64,000 nt of DNA. It comes from a bacterium (lineage in GTDB: Bacteria; Patescibacteriota; Dojkabacteria; SC72; WJKH01). Location: assembly GCA_029547225.1 (NCBI GenBank), contig JAKPPS010000040.1, positions 42,796 to 106,795 of the forward strand, given 5' to 3'. Positions within the stretch are counted from its first letter, which is position 1; each line of letters begins with the position of its first letter. Below the pieces are notes generated by a model. It made no database searches, had not been told where the DNA came from, and worked only from the letters and a program-made list of their open reading frames with translations. Below, piece after piece: positions 31,136-42,094 of this stretch. The translations under genes and the position numbers were made by a program.

Positions 31136-33397
31136 TTATTTCTTTAAAATTTTCTCAATATACTCAGAAATCAATTCTTCTGGCCTTTTCTTTGAATTAA
31201 TGTTCGCATGCAGATCAAGAAACCTATTTGCATATTCTCTTACATTCTGTTTCCTTGCCTTCTTAATCTCAGTTTTTATTGCTTTTGCTAATGATTTCGC
31301 ATCTGTACTTATACTATATGCTCCTAAGGGTTCCTGAAATTTTATTACTTTCTCTCCAATCGGATTATGATAAACAACAGGCTTACCTAACGCTAAAGAT
31401 TCGATTATTGCTCCAGAAAACCTCGAAATGAAAATTGTTCCTTTGCGAACGCAATCATACATACTTTCGTTTGTGACATTATACTCTGATAGATCCCCAT
31501 TATCAGCCGGATGTTGAGATAAAATATAATCAATACCTGCCCGTTTACACCCTTCTATAGCTGTCTTTACAAATAGATCTCTTTTATCGGTCAATACGCC
31601 ATATGAGAAATTTACATTTATCAATGCAATTGGTTTGTCAGGAAATTGGACTTCTTCTTCGTAAAGTTTTCGTACCATAGGTAGTCCAGACACAAATACT
31701 TTTTCTTTTCGATCAGAAAAGAATTGGGTATCGTATTCTCCAGGAACAAAAAGATACTCTGTAGTTCGATATGGATACAAATGTGTTGAGAATCCACAAT
31801 CCAGTTTCAAATAGTCACTTACCCCTTCATTGATAGCGAATGTTGGGATACCTTTTATTCGAAGCTTTCGAATAATTTGATTAAGCTTATTAATATCGTT
31901 AAAAGTAATTAATGCTAATGGAGACTTTTTATCGAAACCGTTTACATCAAAATCAGTACTATTAATAATAACTATTGCCTTTGGGAAATTGTTATATTCT
32001 ATTTTGTTTAGCGAACGTTTTCCTCCGAGATGATACTTAGTATTATCAATTATTACGACTTCAAGATTTTTCTTTCTCATTATTGATGAAACCTTAATTG
32101 CATTTCTCAATTGATAATCAACATCACACCAGATGAATATTGTTCGAGAATATGAATATATATAATTATTTGTATCCGTAGGCTCATTATTCTGGTTTGA
32201 CAAAGCAATCGCTTTGTTGGCGATCTTATTCAAAATTTTGTTTTTAATCATAAGGATTTTCGTTCTATTATTCTTAGTTTGAGATAATTCTTTACGAAGT
32301 CTGTTAATTTTATTTTTTAATTTCTCAAATTTCCCTTCAGAAAATTTTGAATCGTTTTTGAGTTCTTCATACTTCTCAGCAATTTTTTCAACAAATTGTA
32401 CTTTAGTATGGTTGAGTTGAGCAATCAAACTTATTGCTTTAATAATTTGGACTGTGATGTTTCCCTCATTAGCAATAATCTCATTGTATTCGGATGTATA
32501 TCGAATTCGATTGAATAATTCATGAATTAGCAAATATTTTTCACTATTTGAATTTTTGTATTGTAAGATCCGATTAAATAAAGTATTAAATGCAATTAAC
32601 AAACCATTCCAGTAATCTGACTTTATCGCTGAATATAAGCCAATACCACCGAATTTTCTTACTTCTAGTGGAATAGATTCCATACCAGTAATAAAGCCCT
32701 CAATGTTTTCTTTCGTAATTCTACTCGTTATAGATTTTTCACGAGAAAGCCAGTAATAATATATCCCATCATCAAAATAACAGCTTCTTGCATATAAGTG
32801 TAATTTAAAAACAGTTGATATGTCTTCATGCAAACCATCAGGAAATAAAATCTTGTTTTCCGTAAATAAAGATTTACGAATTAGTCTATTCCATGCTGTC
32901 AGAGTCAAGCTTAGATTTGCAAGATTTCTTAACATCACTAATCTATCAGCATTGTATTTCTCAGAACTGTTATCAAATCTTGAGCTGTACAACACTTCAC
33001 CCTTTTCTGAGATTTTGTTGAAACCACCTGTAACAATATCCGCATTTCTTAATAAAGCACCATTGAACAACATTTCTAAAGTGACTGGATCTATATAGTC
33101 GTCGCTATCAATAAAATATAGGTATTCTCCATCAGCATATTTGATGCCTCGATTACGAGTCAAACCTAATCCAATATTCTTTTTGTTTCGTAATAATTTA
33201 AAATTGCTCTTACCTTTTACAAATTTCTCAGCAATTCTTAAAGAAGAATCTGAAGATTTATCATCAATTATTATTACTTCATAATCTGTACTTCTAAGAG
33301 TTTGCTCTTGTAAGCTTAATAGACACTTTTCTAAGTATTTTTCTACATTGTATACAGGCACAATAACACTAACTTTAATATTGCTTATATTTTTCAT
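31136..33397 (-). CDS. Two-domain glycosyltransferase: N-terminal GT2 plus C-terminal GT-B-like domain
   Basis: VSVIVPVYN, FIDSDD, HED; C-terminal SQHPAD, SRFSGAIIESLALGKPV. Confidence 0.82.
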   Translation of the reverse strand: MKNISNIKVSVIVPVYNVEKYLEKCLLSLQEQTLRSTDYEVIIIDDKSSDSSLRIAEKFVKGKSNFKLLRNKKNIGLGLTRNRGIKYADGEYLYFIDSDDYIDPVTLEMLFNGALLRNADIVTGGFNKISEKGEVLYSSRFDNSSEKYNADRLVMLRNLANLSLTLTAWNRLIRKSLFTENKILFPDGLHEDISTVFKLHLYARSCYFDDGIYYYWLSREKSITSRITKENIEGFITGMESIPLEVRKFGGIGLYSAIKSDYWNGLLIAFNTLFNRILQYKNSNSEKYLLIHELFNRIRYTSEYNEIIANEGNITVQIIKAISLIAQLNHTKVQFVEKIAEKYEELKNDSKFSEGKFEKLKNKINRLRKELSQTKNNRTKILMIKNKILNKIANKAIALSNQNNEPTDTNNYIYSYSRTIFIWCDVDYQLRNAIKVSSIMRKKNLEVVIIDNTKYHLGGKRSLNKIEYNNFPKAIVIINSTDFDVNGFDKKSPLALITFNDINKLNQIIRKLRIKGIPTFAINEGVSDYLKLDCGFSTHLYPYRTTEYLFVPGEYDTQFFSDRKEKVFVSGLPMVRKLYEEEVQFPDKPIALINVNFSYGVLTDKRDLFVKTAIEGCKRAGIDYILSQHPADNGDLSEYNVTNESMYDCVRKGTIFISRFSGAIIESLALGKPVVYHNPIGEKVIKFQEPLGAYSISTDAKSLAKAIKTEIKKARKQNVREYANRFLDLHANINSKKRPEELISEYIEKILKK

Positions 33398-33426
33398 GTC
33401 AGGTGATAATTACTTAATCAATGTAC

Positions 33427-33435
33427 ATTATACCA
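33427..33435 (-). promoter_or_regulatory. Extended -10 promoter (TGGTATAAT)
   Basis: About 30 nt upstream of the 33397 start, heading the leftward glycan operon. Confidence 0.55.
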
Positions 33436-33610
33436 GACAATACAATTATATTTTATACTTCAATTAGTATTTCTTTCTTGATATACTAATACTTATCAAA
33501 CAATAAATTTATTAATTCTTAACATAGTAAACACTTTACTAAAGAAAGCCAGAGTAATTCTCTCAAGTAACTACGTAAAAGTTATATCTATTGCACTTCT
33601 TGGAAACATA

Positions 33611-34885
33611 TTGCAAGTGGTGGCTTTTTATGGGCAAAGAACTCTAACAGCAGATTCATTAGCAATAATCAATTTTAGCATATATTTTGTAGCGCTATCA
33701 GGGATAATTACAGATTCATTTACAAAATGGCTAACTATTGAATTAAGCTCGCGAGAGATCAAAGAGCGAATAATGTATTTAGTGTCGAACTTCCTTAGAA
33801 TCGTTACTATAATTGACTCAGTAATAATAATTATCGGAATAATAATATATATCACAACTCCTTCTTTACATAATAGTCTTGGTATAACAATTCTAATATT
33901 ATGCTCAATATCTGGGATGCTGTCGGGGATTTCATCTTTTTTTACTTCATATTTTTCAGCTCAAGGCAGATTCTCTATTGTTTCTGCATTAACACTAATT
34001 CTACCCATAACAAGAATTATTTTTACTTTTTTTATCCTTAATGACAGCAATCCTTGGGTTGTATCGTTATCTTATGTCGTAACAGCAGCAATAACTTTAT
34101 TATTCAATATTGTAATATTATCTAAGATTAGTCACCACAATTTCCGAGATATTGTGGGTAGCTTATCTAATAAGGATAATTTTTCTAAAAATTTAAAAAG
34201 CTCAACACTATTTATTATTGAAAACGCATTAATACAGATATGCTTAGGAGCATTTTATATACTCGATGGATTGATACTAAAAGAGATTATAAGTTCTTAT
34301 GATTATACTGTTTACACCTCATTAGCTTATATCTACAAATTTCCACTTTTTTTATCAATAAGTATCTCAATTATACTACTCGGACAAAATGTTGTAGAAA
34401 TAAGTGATACTAATGCGACGCAGGAATATAAAAAAGACAATCTAATCTCAGAAATTTCTAATAAAGATAATACTCAAATTACAAAAAGAAGTGATAAAAT
34501 AAAAAGAACATTTTTTATTAGCTTACTTTTAATATTTGCTTCTTTTGGTTCATTAATTGTTATTGATACACTTTTCCCTGGTCTGATACTTGATATACTC
34601 GGATATGGACAATACTATTCTAGATATCTTTCATTGATAATGGGATTTGCTTGGATGGCAAATACAACATTATATTTCATTTTCGTTTATTTTCTCAAAG
34701 CATATAAAGATAGCTATATTTTCAAAATGCTAATAATATTCTATGCCGTTTCTCTAATAGCTTCGATTATTCTTACAGGAAATGACTTAAATAAAATTAT
34801 TTTCTATATTTTGATTATACCAATTATTTATGTTATTATTACATCGATAACAGGTTATTTTGTTAAGAAGAAACGTAACCAATAA
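33611..34885 (+). CDS. Flippase-like (MOP/Wzx-like) multi-TM protein; true start probably upstream
   Basis: About 12 TM; frame open from 33482 with no ATG; located in the glycan locus. Confidence 0.65.
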   Translation: MQVVAFYGQRTLTADSLAIINFSIYFVALSGIITDSFTKWLTIELSSREIKERIMYLVSNFLRIVTIIDSVIIIIGIIIYITTPSLHNSLGITILILCSISGMLSGISSFFTSYFSAQGRFSIVSALTLILPITRIIFTFFILNDSNPWVVSLSYVVTAAITLLFNIVILSKISHHNFRDIVGSLSNKDNFSKNLKSSTLFIIENALIQICLGAFYILDGLILKEIISSYDYTVYTSLAYIYKFPLFLSISISIILLGQNVVEISDTNATQEYKKDNLISEISNKDNTQITKRSDKIKRTFFISLLLIFASFGSLIVIDTLFPGLILDILGYGQYYSRYLSLIMGFAWMANTTLYFIFVYFLKAYKDSYIFKMLIIFYAVSLIASIILTGNDLNKIIFYILIIPIIYVIITSITGYFVKKKRNQ

Positions 34886-34887
34886 AA

Positions 34888-34896
34888 TGGTATAAT
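34888..34896 (+). promoter_or_regulatory. Extended -10 promoter (TGGTATAAT)
   Basis: 28 nt upstream of the wzm start at 34925. Confidence 0.55.
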
Positions 34897-34924
34897 GATC
34901 AATTAATAACATAAGGAACATTTT

Positions 34925-35689
34925 ATGAGAAATTATTTTGAATTGCTTGACCAGTTTATATCGACAGATTTCAAGCTAAGATATAAAAATTCATACTTAG
35001 GTATTTTATGGATAATTTTGAAACCTCTTGCTTCTTTTGCTGTTATTTACATTATCTGGACAAATTTATTTCCACAATCACCAGATTTTAAAATGAGCTT
35101 ATTGCTTGGAATAATGATTATGAATTTGTTTAGTGAATCGATTATGATGGGGATGACTTCGCTTTCAACAAAAGCTGGAATTATTCTCAAAGTACGATTT
35201 CCAAGAGAGGTTTCAGTTTTCAGCGCAGTAACTATTTCTCTATTCGACTTTGCAATTAACATGATAATATTTACTGCTTTTGCAATTTGGAACCCAATTG
35301 ATATTTCTTTTATTGGAATCATACTTTTCATTTTAAGTATTTTCAGCATATATTTTATTACTACCGGTATAAGTCTTTTTTTAAGTATTATGTTTATTAG
35401 GCTTCGAGATTTGAATAATCTCGTTTCTGTAGTACTACAGCTATTTTTTTGGATGACACCAGTATATTATAAAATTGAAATGCTACCAGAAAATTTACAG
35501 AAAATTATTTCTTTAAATCCAATGACACATATTGTCACACTAGCTCGCAGAGGACTTCTAGGAGCAAGTAATATTGCAACTGATGACTTTTGGCAAATTG
35601 GAATTGTATTCGTATTATCACTTATTGTTTTTGGAATCGGTGTCCTTTTTTTCAAGAAAAGAGTATATAAAATTGCTGAATATTTTTAA
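34925..35689 (+). CDS. wzm: Polysaccharide ABC exporter permease (second copy)
   Basis: DFKLRYKNSYLGILW, KVRFPRE, RDL, TPVYY, LNPM. Confidence 0.92.
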   Translation: MRNYFELLDQFISTDFKLRYKNSYLGILWIILKPLASFAVIYIIWTNLFPQSPDFKMSLLLGIMIMNLFSESIMMGMTSLSTKAGIILKVRFPREVSVFSAVTISLFDFAINMIIFTAFAIWNPIDISFIGIILFILSIFSIYFITTGISLFLSIMFIRLRDLNNLVSVVLQLFFWMTPVYYKIEMLPENLQKIISLNPMTHIVTLARRGLLGASNIATDDFWQIGIVFVLSLIVFGIGVLFFKKRVYKIAEYF

Positions 35690-36426
35690 TGGAACAAAAA
35701 CCAGTAATAGAAGTAAAGGACGTAAGTAAATCATTTTATCTTCCTCATGAAAGACATGATACTCTTGTTGAATACCTTACTAATCCAATTAGATTATTTC
35801 GCCGAAATGGTGAAATGTATCAGGTATTGAAAGATATTGATCTCAAAGTATACCCAGGCGAGTTCTTAGGGATTATGGGCAGAAATGGTTGTGGGAAATC
35901 AACATTACTTAAAATAATAGCCGGAATTTACGCGCCAACTACTGGTAAAATTATCATTAATGGTTCAGTAGCTCCATTTCTTGAATTAGGTGTCGGATTT
36001 AACCAAGAACTATCTGGTAGAGAAAATGTGTTTTTAAACGGGATAATACTTGGAATGAACAAGAAAAAGATACGACAAAAATATGATGAAATTGTTCAGT
36101 TCGCAGAATTAGAAAAATTTATGGAAATGCCTTTAAAAAACTATTCGTCAGGAATGAAAGTCAGATTAGCTTTTTCCATTGCAATTATGACTGATGCAGA
36201 GATTTACATACTTGATGAAGTTTTATCTGTAGGAGATATTGCATTTCAAAAGAAATGTGATGGTGTATTTGCAAAATTTAAAAAAGATAAAAAGACAGTC
36301 ATACTTGTAACACATAGCGCGGATGCTGTAAAAAAACTTTGTACTAGAGCAGTTTTTCTAAAAGATGGTATCATGCACGATTATCACGATTTAAATAAAG
36401 TTGTTGAAGCATATATCAATGGCTAG
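35689..36426 (+). CDS. wzt: Polysaccharide ABC exporter ATPase without C-terminal binding domain
   Basis: GRNGCGKST, YSSGMKVRLAF, LDEVLSVGD; only 245 aa. Confidence 0.92.
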   Translation: MEQKPVIEVKDVSKSFYLPHERHDTLVEYLTNPIRLFRRNGEMYQVLKDIDLKVYPGEFLGIMGRNGCGKSTLLKIIAGIYAPTTGKIIINGSVAPFLELGVGFNQELSGRENVFLNGIILGMNKKKIRQKYDEIVQFAELEKFMEMPLKNYSSGMKVRLAFSIAIMTDAEIYILDEVLSVGDIAFQKKCDGVFAKFKKDKKTVILVTHSADAVKKLCTRAVFLKDGIMHDYHDLNKVVEAYING

Positions 36427-37666
36427 CAGGTTGACCCTAAAAGTAAAAAAATTTAAGGAGATATTACGATTTGAGTCCATTGAATTACTAAGATTATTAA
36501 GATTAAAAAGTGTTTTATCGAGCAAGATCGAAGCAGATAGAAGCGCAGTTTCCGAAATAATTGCTGAATCAATTGATTTTAACAGAAGAACAATTATTGT
36601 CCTGCCAAATATTACTTGGGGATATAGAAAACAAAGACCTCAACATATTTTTTCAAGGTTAGCAAAGAAGGGCTTTAATATATTTTGGGTTTCACAATTC
36701 ACTTCAGATAAAGAAACAATTGAGAAAATTGATGAGAACATTTATCAGTTAAACCTTAAAACACTTAATAATGGTAAATTGTTAAGAGATTTTCATATAG
36801 ATGATGCGAATGCACAGGAAGCTTTCCAATCAATAAAAAGATTGATCGGTAGAAAATTAAAGAAGGACAGTATATTATTTACCCTTCACCCTGCCTGGTA
36901 CTATCTAACACAGAAATTTAAACAAATCATCAAGATTTATGATCTAATGGATCTTTACGAAGGATTTTCTGATTCAAAAAAAGAACTAATAGAAAAAGAA
37001 AAGGAATTAATTTTACAAGCTGATTTAGTGTTTGCTACTGCAGAAAATTTACTCAAGAATGCTAAAGATTTAAATTCTAATTCTTTTTTAATTAGAAATG
37101 GAGCAGATTATGATAATTTCAAGGAAATTTCCCCGAGTGGAGTTCTCGATTGTATTTCAAGCAAGAAGATTATTGGATATTTTGGATCGATGTCAGATTG
37201 GTTAGATGTAAAGAGTATCGAATACCTCGCAAAAAATAACCCTGATTTAAATTTAGTTTTCATTGGCAAAATCAACAGTCGATCAATAAGACATTTATAC
37301 AAATACAAAAATATATATTTATTGGGCGAAATCGAATATCAATATTTACGCTGTTATCTAGCTTATTTTGATGTCTGTATAATTCCTTTTATTATTAATG
37401 ACCTAATTCAGAATACGGATCCAGTAAAATTTTATGAATATATATCTGCTGGCAAACCAGTAGTAACAAATGTATTACCAGAATTGAAAAAGTATAAGGA
37501 TATCTGTTATGTATATAAATCTCCGAATAGTTTCAATCGAAAGGTATTAAAAGCTCTAAAAGAGAATGATCCTCAAATTGTTGCCAAACGAAAAATAATT
37601 GCCCGAAATAATAGTTGGGATAAGAGAGTTATTGAAATACTAAATTGCATAAGTTCCATAGAATGA
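36419..37666 (+). CDS. GT4-like glycosyltransferase (QRPQH type, TuaH-like)
   Basis: QRPQH, YDLMD, NGAD, IGYFG, DPVKFYEYISAGKPVV. Confidence 0.85.
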   Translation: MASRLTLKVKKFKEILRFESIELLRLLRLKSVLSSKIEADRSAVSEIIAESIDFNRRTIIVLPNITWGYRKQRPQHIFSRLAKKGFNIFWVSQFTSDKETIEKIDENIYQLNLKTLNNGKLLRDFHIDDANAQEAFQSIKRLIGRKLKKDSILFTLHPAWYYLTQKFKQIIKIYDLMDLYEGFSDSKKELIEKEKELILQADLVFATAENLLKNAKDLNSNSFLIRNGADYDNFKEISPSGVLDCISSKKIIGYFGSMSDWLDVKSIEYLAKNNPDLNLVFIGKINSRSIRHLYKYKNIYLLGEIEYQYLRCYLAYFDVCIIPFIINDLIQNTDPVKFYEYISAGKPVVTNVLPELKKYKDICYVYKSPNSFNRKVLKALKENDPQIVAKRKIIARNNSWDKRVIEILNCISSIE

Positions 37667-38940
37667 AGCTTAAAAAAATAATCAAAACTATAGCAGAAAA
37701 AACTCATATAATGTTTTTTTGGAATGTTTATAAAATTTATAAACTTAATGGCTCAAAGAAGGCTTACAAGATTATAAAAAATAAAGTATTCAATTTATTC
37801 ATTTCAAATAAGAAATTAAAGTCAAATTTCCTTAGAAAAATAGAGAGTATTATTGACAATATAGAAAAAGATCAAAAGGTAATAATATCTCTATCCTTTA
37901 TTGATTGGGATATACCACTCTTCCAAAGACCTCAGCATCTCGCATTACAGCTTGCAAATAAAGGTATTATATATTTTTATTGTACATTACAAAATAGTAA
38001 TCTAAAATATTTCATAGAAAAGCAAGCAGAAAACCTTTACGTTCTAGATGAATTCGACATTATTCTTGAAAAAGTTAAAAATAAAGATAAATATTTACAT
38101 GTTCTTTCAACAAATTATTTCAAGCAAGACACGGAAAGAATAGAAAAAGCTATTTCACTGGGTTATAAGATAATATATGAATATATCGATGAAATTTCCG
38201 AGGATATCACAGGTGAGAAGATAGAGAATTTTGTATTTGAAAGGCATAAAAAACTATTAAAGGATGAATCAAATTGTATTGTAATTGCAACAGCAGATAA
38301 GCTTTACCAGGAAGTATTAAAATATCGGCAAAAGAATTGCAAACTAATCACAAATGGAGTAAATGTCAACCATTTCAGAGATAATCATTATCTCGTTCCT
38401 AAAAGCATCAGAAAGATTACATCTCAAAATAAAACAATAATTGGATATTATGGTGCACTTGCAAAATGGATAGACTACAAACTTATGTCTGAGATAGCAG
38501 CCAAAAGAAATGATTGGAATATAGTATTATTGGGAGTAATTTATGATCAAGAAATATACAAATCAGATATAATAAGAGCTAAAAATGTTTACATATTACC
38601 CCCAGTACATTACAATACGATACCAACCTATGGAAAATGCTTTGATGTGTGTATTATTCCTTTTAAGATAAATGATATTACAAAATCAACATCTCCAATC
38701 AAGCTTTTTGAATATATGGCTTTGGGTAAACCAATAGTAACAACGCCTATGCCAGAATGCAAAAAATATAAATCTGTATATATTGCAGATAATAGAGCCG
38801 ATGATTTTATTGAAAAGATTAACTTGGCCTTAAAAAATAACAGCAAGAGATATCAAAAGCTTCTTGAAAAGGAGGCTCTTGAGAACGATTGGAGCTCAAA
38901 AGCGGATGAGATAATTAATTTAATTAGTCGTAAGTTATGA
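37663..38940 (+). CDS. GT4-like glycosyltransferase (QRPQH type)
   Basis: FQRPQHLA, YEYIDE, NGV, SPIKLFEYMALGKPIV. Confidence 0.85.
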   Translation: MKLKKIIKTIAEKTHIMFFWNVYKIYKLNGSKKAYKIIKNKVFNLFISNKKLKSNFLRKIESIIDNIEKDQKVIISLSFIDWDIPLFQRPQHLALQLANKGIIYFYCTLQNSNLKYFIEKQAENLYVLDEFDIILEKVKNKDKYLHVLSTNYFKQDTERIEKAISLGYKIIYEYIDEISEDITGEKIENFVFERHKKLLKDESNCIVIATADKLYQEVLKYRQKNCKLITNGVNVNHFRDNHYLVPKSIRKITSQNKTIIGYYGALAKWIDYKLMSEIAAKRNDWNIVLLGVIYDQEIYKSDIIRAKNVYILPPVHYNTIPTYGKCFDVCIIPFKINDITKSTSPIKLFEYMALGKPIVTTPMPECKKYKSVYIADNRADDFIEKINLALKNNSKRYQKLLEKEALENDWSSKADEIINLISRKL

Positions 38941-41900
38941 GTCCCAAAATATCTGTAATTACCACAGTCTATAACACGGAAAAATACTTAGTGAGATGCC
39001 TTGATTCATTAATTCATCAGTCATATAAAAATATTGAGATTATTGTAGTCAATGATTGCTCTAAAGGTAATACTGATGAGATTATCAATAAATATTTACG
39101 TAAATATCAAAATATTAAGTACATAAAACATAATGTAAATAAGGGTTTATTCCACGCTCGATTAACTGGTGCTGATAGTGCTACAGGTGACTTTATTGCT
39201 TTTGTTGACAGTGATGATTATGTTTCTCAAGACTTTTATAGATCAATGATATTCAAAGCAATAAATGAAAATTCAGATATTACTTTCTCACAAGCAATAG
39301 AAGTGAATAATGGGAAAAATTATTTACAGAATCTTCAATATTATGATGATGAGAAACCTATCGAAGGAAATTGTCTAGATTACTATTTTGAACAAGAGGG
39401 TCTCAATTATCGATACTACACTGTATGGAACAAGATATTTCGAATGGATCTCTGGAAAAGCGCAAGACCTTATTATTCCAAGCAAAAAAAACATCTAATA
39501 ATGACTGAAGACATAGCTTTTACAACTGTTCTGTTCTCATATGCAACAAAAATCTCTACCTGTAAGAATGCATTTTATTATTATGTAAGAAATGAAGGCT
39601 CGTCAACAGTAAATACGAATATTTCTATAAATTCAATTAAAAAAAATATATCAGACATCTCAACAAGTTTTGATTTTGTAGAGAATTTTCTATTAAAAAG
39701 ACGACTATATAAAAGATATTCCAAGAAGTTTCTAGAATGGAAAAAATTATTCTCACGCACATATTACTCGAAAATAATCAACTTAAGTTTTACTCAAAAG
39801 GAGAAGAACACATTACTTCGGCAGCTTAAAAAGCACTTTAGTAAAAATTTTCAACTAACTATAAGTAAGGAATCTGATTTCTATTATTACTCGATTCGAA
39901 CTGAATACAATCATCATTACGAAGACATTCAAAACATGATTATTGACAAAAGAGTTAAATTGGTTAGCTTCGATATTTTTGATACTTTAGTATGGAGACC
40001 CCTGTTGTATCCAACGGATCTATTCTTACTAATGAACACATATTTTAAAGATCTATCGGGTTCAAACACTTTACTTGATTTCCAGAGGATACGTGTTGAA
40101 GCTGAGAAATATGCTCGCCAAAAAAGTATTAATGAGGAAATTACACTTACAGATATCTATAAAGAACTTGAAATAAGCTTTAATATCCCAAATCATATTA
40201 CCCAAAAGCTTAAACAGAGGGAAATCGAATTAGAATACAAATATACTAAAAGAAGAGAAAGTGTTTACAACATATTTCAACTTGCAAAATATCTCGGGAA
40301 AAAGATAATAATTACTTCCGATATGTATCTCCCAACAATAGTAATAAAGCAAATCCTTAAAAGTAATGGCTACGAAAACTATGATAAGTTATACCTTTCA
40401 TCGGAAACTAAGGTATCCAAATATACTGGATCTGTTTTCAAAAAAATGATTCAAGATTACAATCTTACGCCAAAAGAAATTGTGCATTTAGGAGATAACT
40501 ATCAAAGTGATTTTGAAACACCAAACAAGCTTAAGATTCAAGGAGTATTATTCCCTAAAGCCTCCGATATTTTTTTCAATTATTTTCCTCATTTAAATAA
40601 TACTGCTAACTGTGGAAGAATTTTTATTAAAAGATTGCCTGAATGGCGTAGCAATGCCGAATCTCTAAACTTTCTTGGCATAAGATCAATGATTGCACTA
40701 ATCGCAAACAAATATTTTGATAATCCATTTAGATCCTTCAATCCGAACACAAATTTCAATGGGGATCCATATTTCCTTGGATACTATGCCCTGGGAATGC
40801 ACTTATTTTCTGTAACAAAATGGCTAATCGAGAAGAGTATTGAGCGAAAGCATAAACAAATGGTTTTCCTGGCTAGAGATGGATATCTACCTCTACAAGC
40901 ATGGGAAATACTCAATAAACACTATAAATGTAAAACAAACACTGTATATTTTCCCTTTTCGAGAAAAGCATCTATCAATTTGCTGATACAAAAACCAATT
41001 GATTTATATACTATAACCGAATACATAAATATTGATAAATACAATGGTACTAAAATTCTTAAACTAATTAAAAATGTTATTTCTAGCTATGATAAAGGAA
41101 TAAATAAAAAATATCTAAAGCTCGGTATTAAAGTAAATAAATATTTTTCTTCCTTGGATGAATTTAACAAATTTATTTCAGCAACCATAAAACTTTTATA
41201 TAGTCAAGAAAAGGTCAATCAGAATCAAGCAATATATAGTAAATACTTTGATAAATTCTTTGTTAGTAATTCAAGTATTTTCGATGTTGGATATAGCTGT
41301 AAGCCAGAAGCGATTTTTGCAAAACTAAGTAGAAGAAAATTGCAAACATACTTTATTAACATAAATAGTGATAAGGGACTATACTATTCAAAAGAATTCG
41401 GAGTAACTTTAGACACATTTTTCGATTATAAGCCATCACTAACCGGATATCTGAGAGAACTTTTTATTTCCGAACAATCAAGCTCATGTGTGTCATACGA
41501 CTTTGAAAACAATGAATTAATACCTGTTTTCGAGAAAACGAAATTTAGTTATTTCGAAAGAAATATTGTTCATAATATCCAAGAAGGTTCATTGAACTTC
41601 ATAAAAGATCTACTAAGCTACTTTAATGAAGAGCTTGATCTTCTATACATACAAAACTATTATGCGTCCCTTGCTCACGAACTATATATTCATTCCTCTA
41701 CTGAAACAGATAAACAAATATTTAGCCCAATAATATTTGAAGATTCTATCGCAGCTGGAAAATATAGTATTACGAATAAGTGGAACACCGACTTACTCTT
41801 TGGAAATCAAATTGATACTAATAAATTATTTACATTAGACTATTCAAACGTAAATAGCACAATGAATCTTCCAGCAAATTATTCATATCAGCCCAAAATA

Positions 41901-42032
41901 TCAAAGCTTATATACTTATTATTGTTTAACAGAGCACTATTAAAGGAAAAAATAAAGAATAAAATACATAGTCCTTTAATTCGCAACACTTTGAAGCATA
42001 CATACAAAACATTAAAAAAATTTTTTAATTGA
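38937..42032 (+). CDS. GT2 + HAD phosphatase + phosphoribosyltransferase-like domain; probable ribofuranose-incorporating polysaccharide polymerase
   Basis: GT2 (FVDSDD, TED); HAD (SFDIFDTL, TSDMYL, HLGDN..SD); C-terminal FLARDGY and FDVGYS. Confidence 0.8.
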   Translation: MSPKISVITTVYNTEKYLVRCLDSLIHQSYKNIEIIVVNDCSKGNTDEIINKYLRKYQNIKYIKHNVNKGLFHARLTGADSATGDFIAFVDSDDYVSQDFYRSMIFKAINENSDITFSQAIEVNNGKNYLQNLQYYDDEKPIEGNCLDYYFEQEGLNYRYYTVWNKIFRMDLWKSARPYYSKQKKHLIMTEDIAFTTVLFSYATKISTCKNAFYYYVRNEGSSTVNTNISINSIKKNISDISTSFDFVENFLLKRRLYKRYSKKFLEWKKLFSRTYYSKIINLSFTQKEKNTLLRQLKKHFSKNFQLTISKESDFYYYSIRTEYNHHYEDIQNMIIDKRVKLVSFDIFDTLVWRPLLYPTDLFLLMNTYFKDLSGSNTLLDFQRIRVEAEKYARQKSINEEITLTDIYKELEISFNIPNHITQKLKQREIELEYKYTKRRESVYNIFQLAKYLGKKIIITSDMYLPTIVIKQILKSNGYENYDKLYLSSETKVSKYTGSVFKKMIQDYNLTPKEIVHLGDNYQSDFETPNKLKIQGVLFPKASDIFFNYFPHLNNTANCGRIFIKRLPEWRSNAESLNFLGIRSMIALIANKYFDNPFRSFNPNTNFNGDPYFLGYYALGMHLFSVTKWLIEKSIERKHKQMVFLARDGYLPLQAWEILNKHYKCKTNTVYFPFSRKASINLLIQKPIDLYTITEYINIDKYNGTKILKLIKNVISSYDKGINKKYLKLGIKVNKYFSSLDEFNKFISATIKLLYSQEKVNQNQAIYSKYFDKFFVSNSSIFDVGYSCKPEAIFAKLSRRKLQTYFININSDKGLYYSKEFGVTLDTFFDYKPSLTGYLRELFISEQSSSCVSYDFENNELIPVFEKTKFSYFERNIVHNIQEGSLNFIKDLLSYFNEELDLLYIQNYYASLAHELYIHSSTETDKQIFSPIIFEDSIAAGKYSITNKWNTDLLFGNQIDTNKLFTLDYSNVNSTMNLPANYSYQPKISKLIYLLLFNRALLKEKIKNKIHSPLIRNTLKHTYKTLKKFFN

Positions 42033-42094
42033 TTAGAGAAAAAATAAGTTTTTTAGGTGGTGAAAACTATATTACTTTGGTTATTCTCTCAAAT

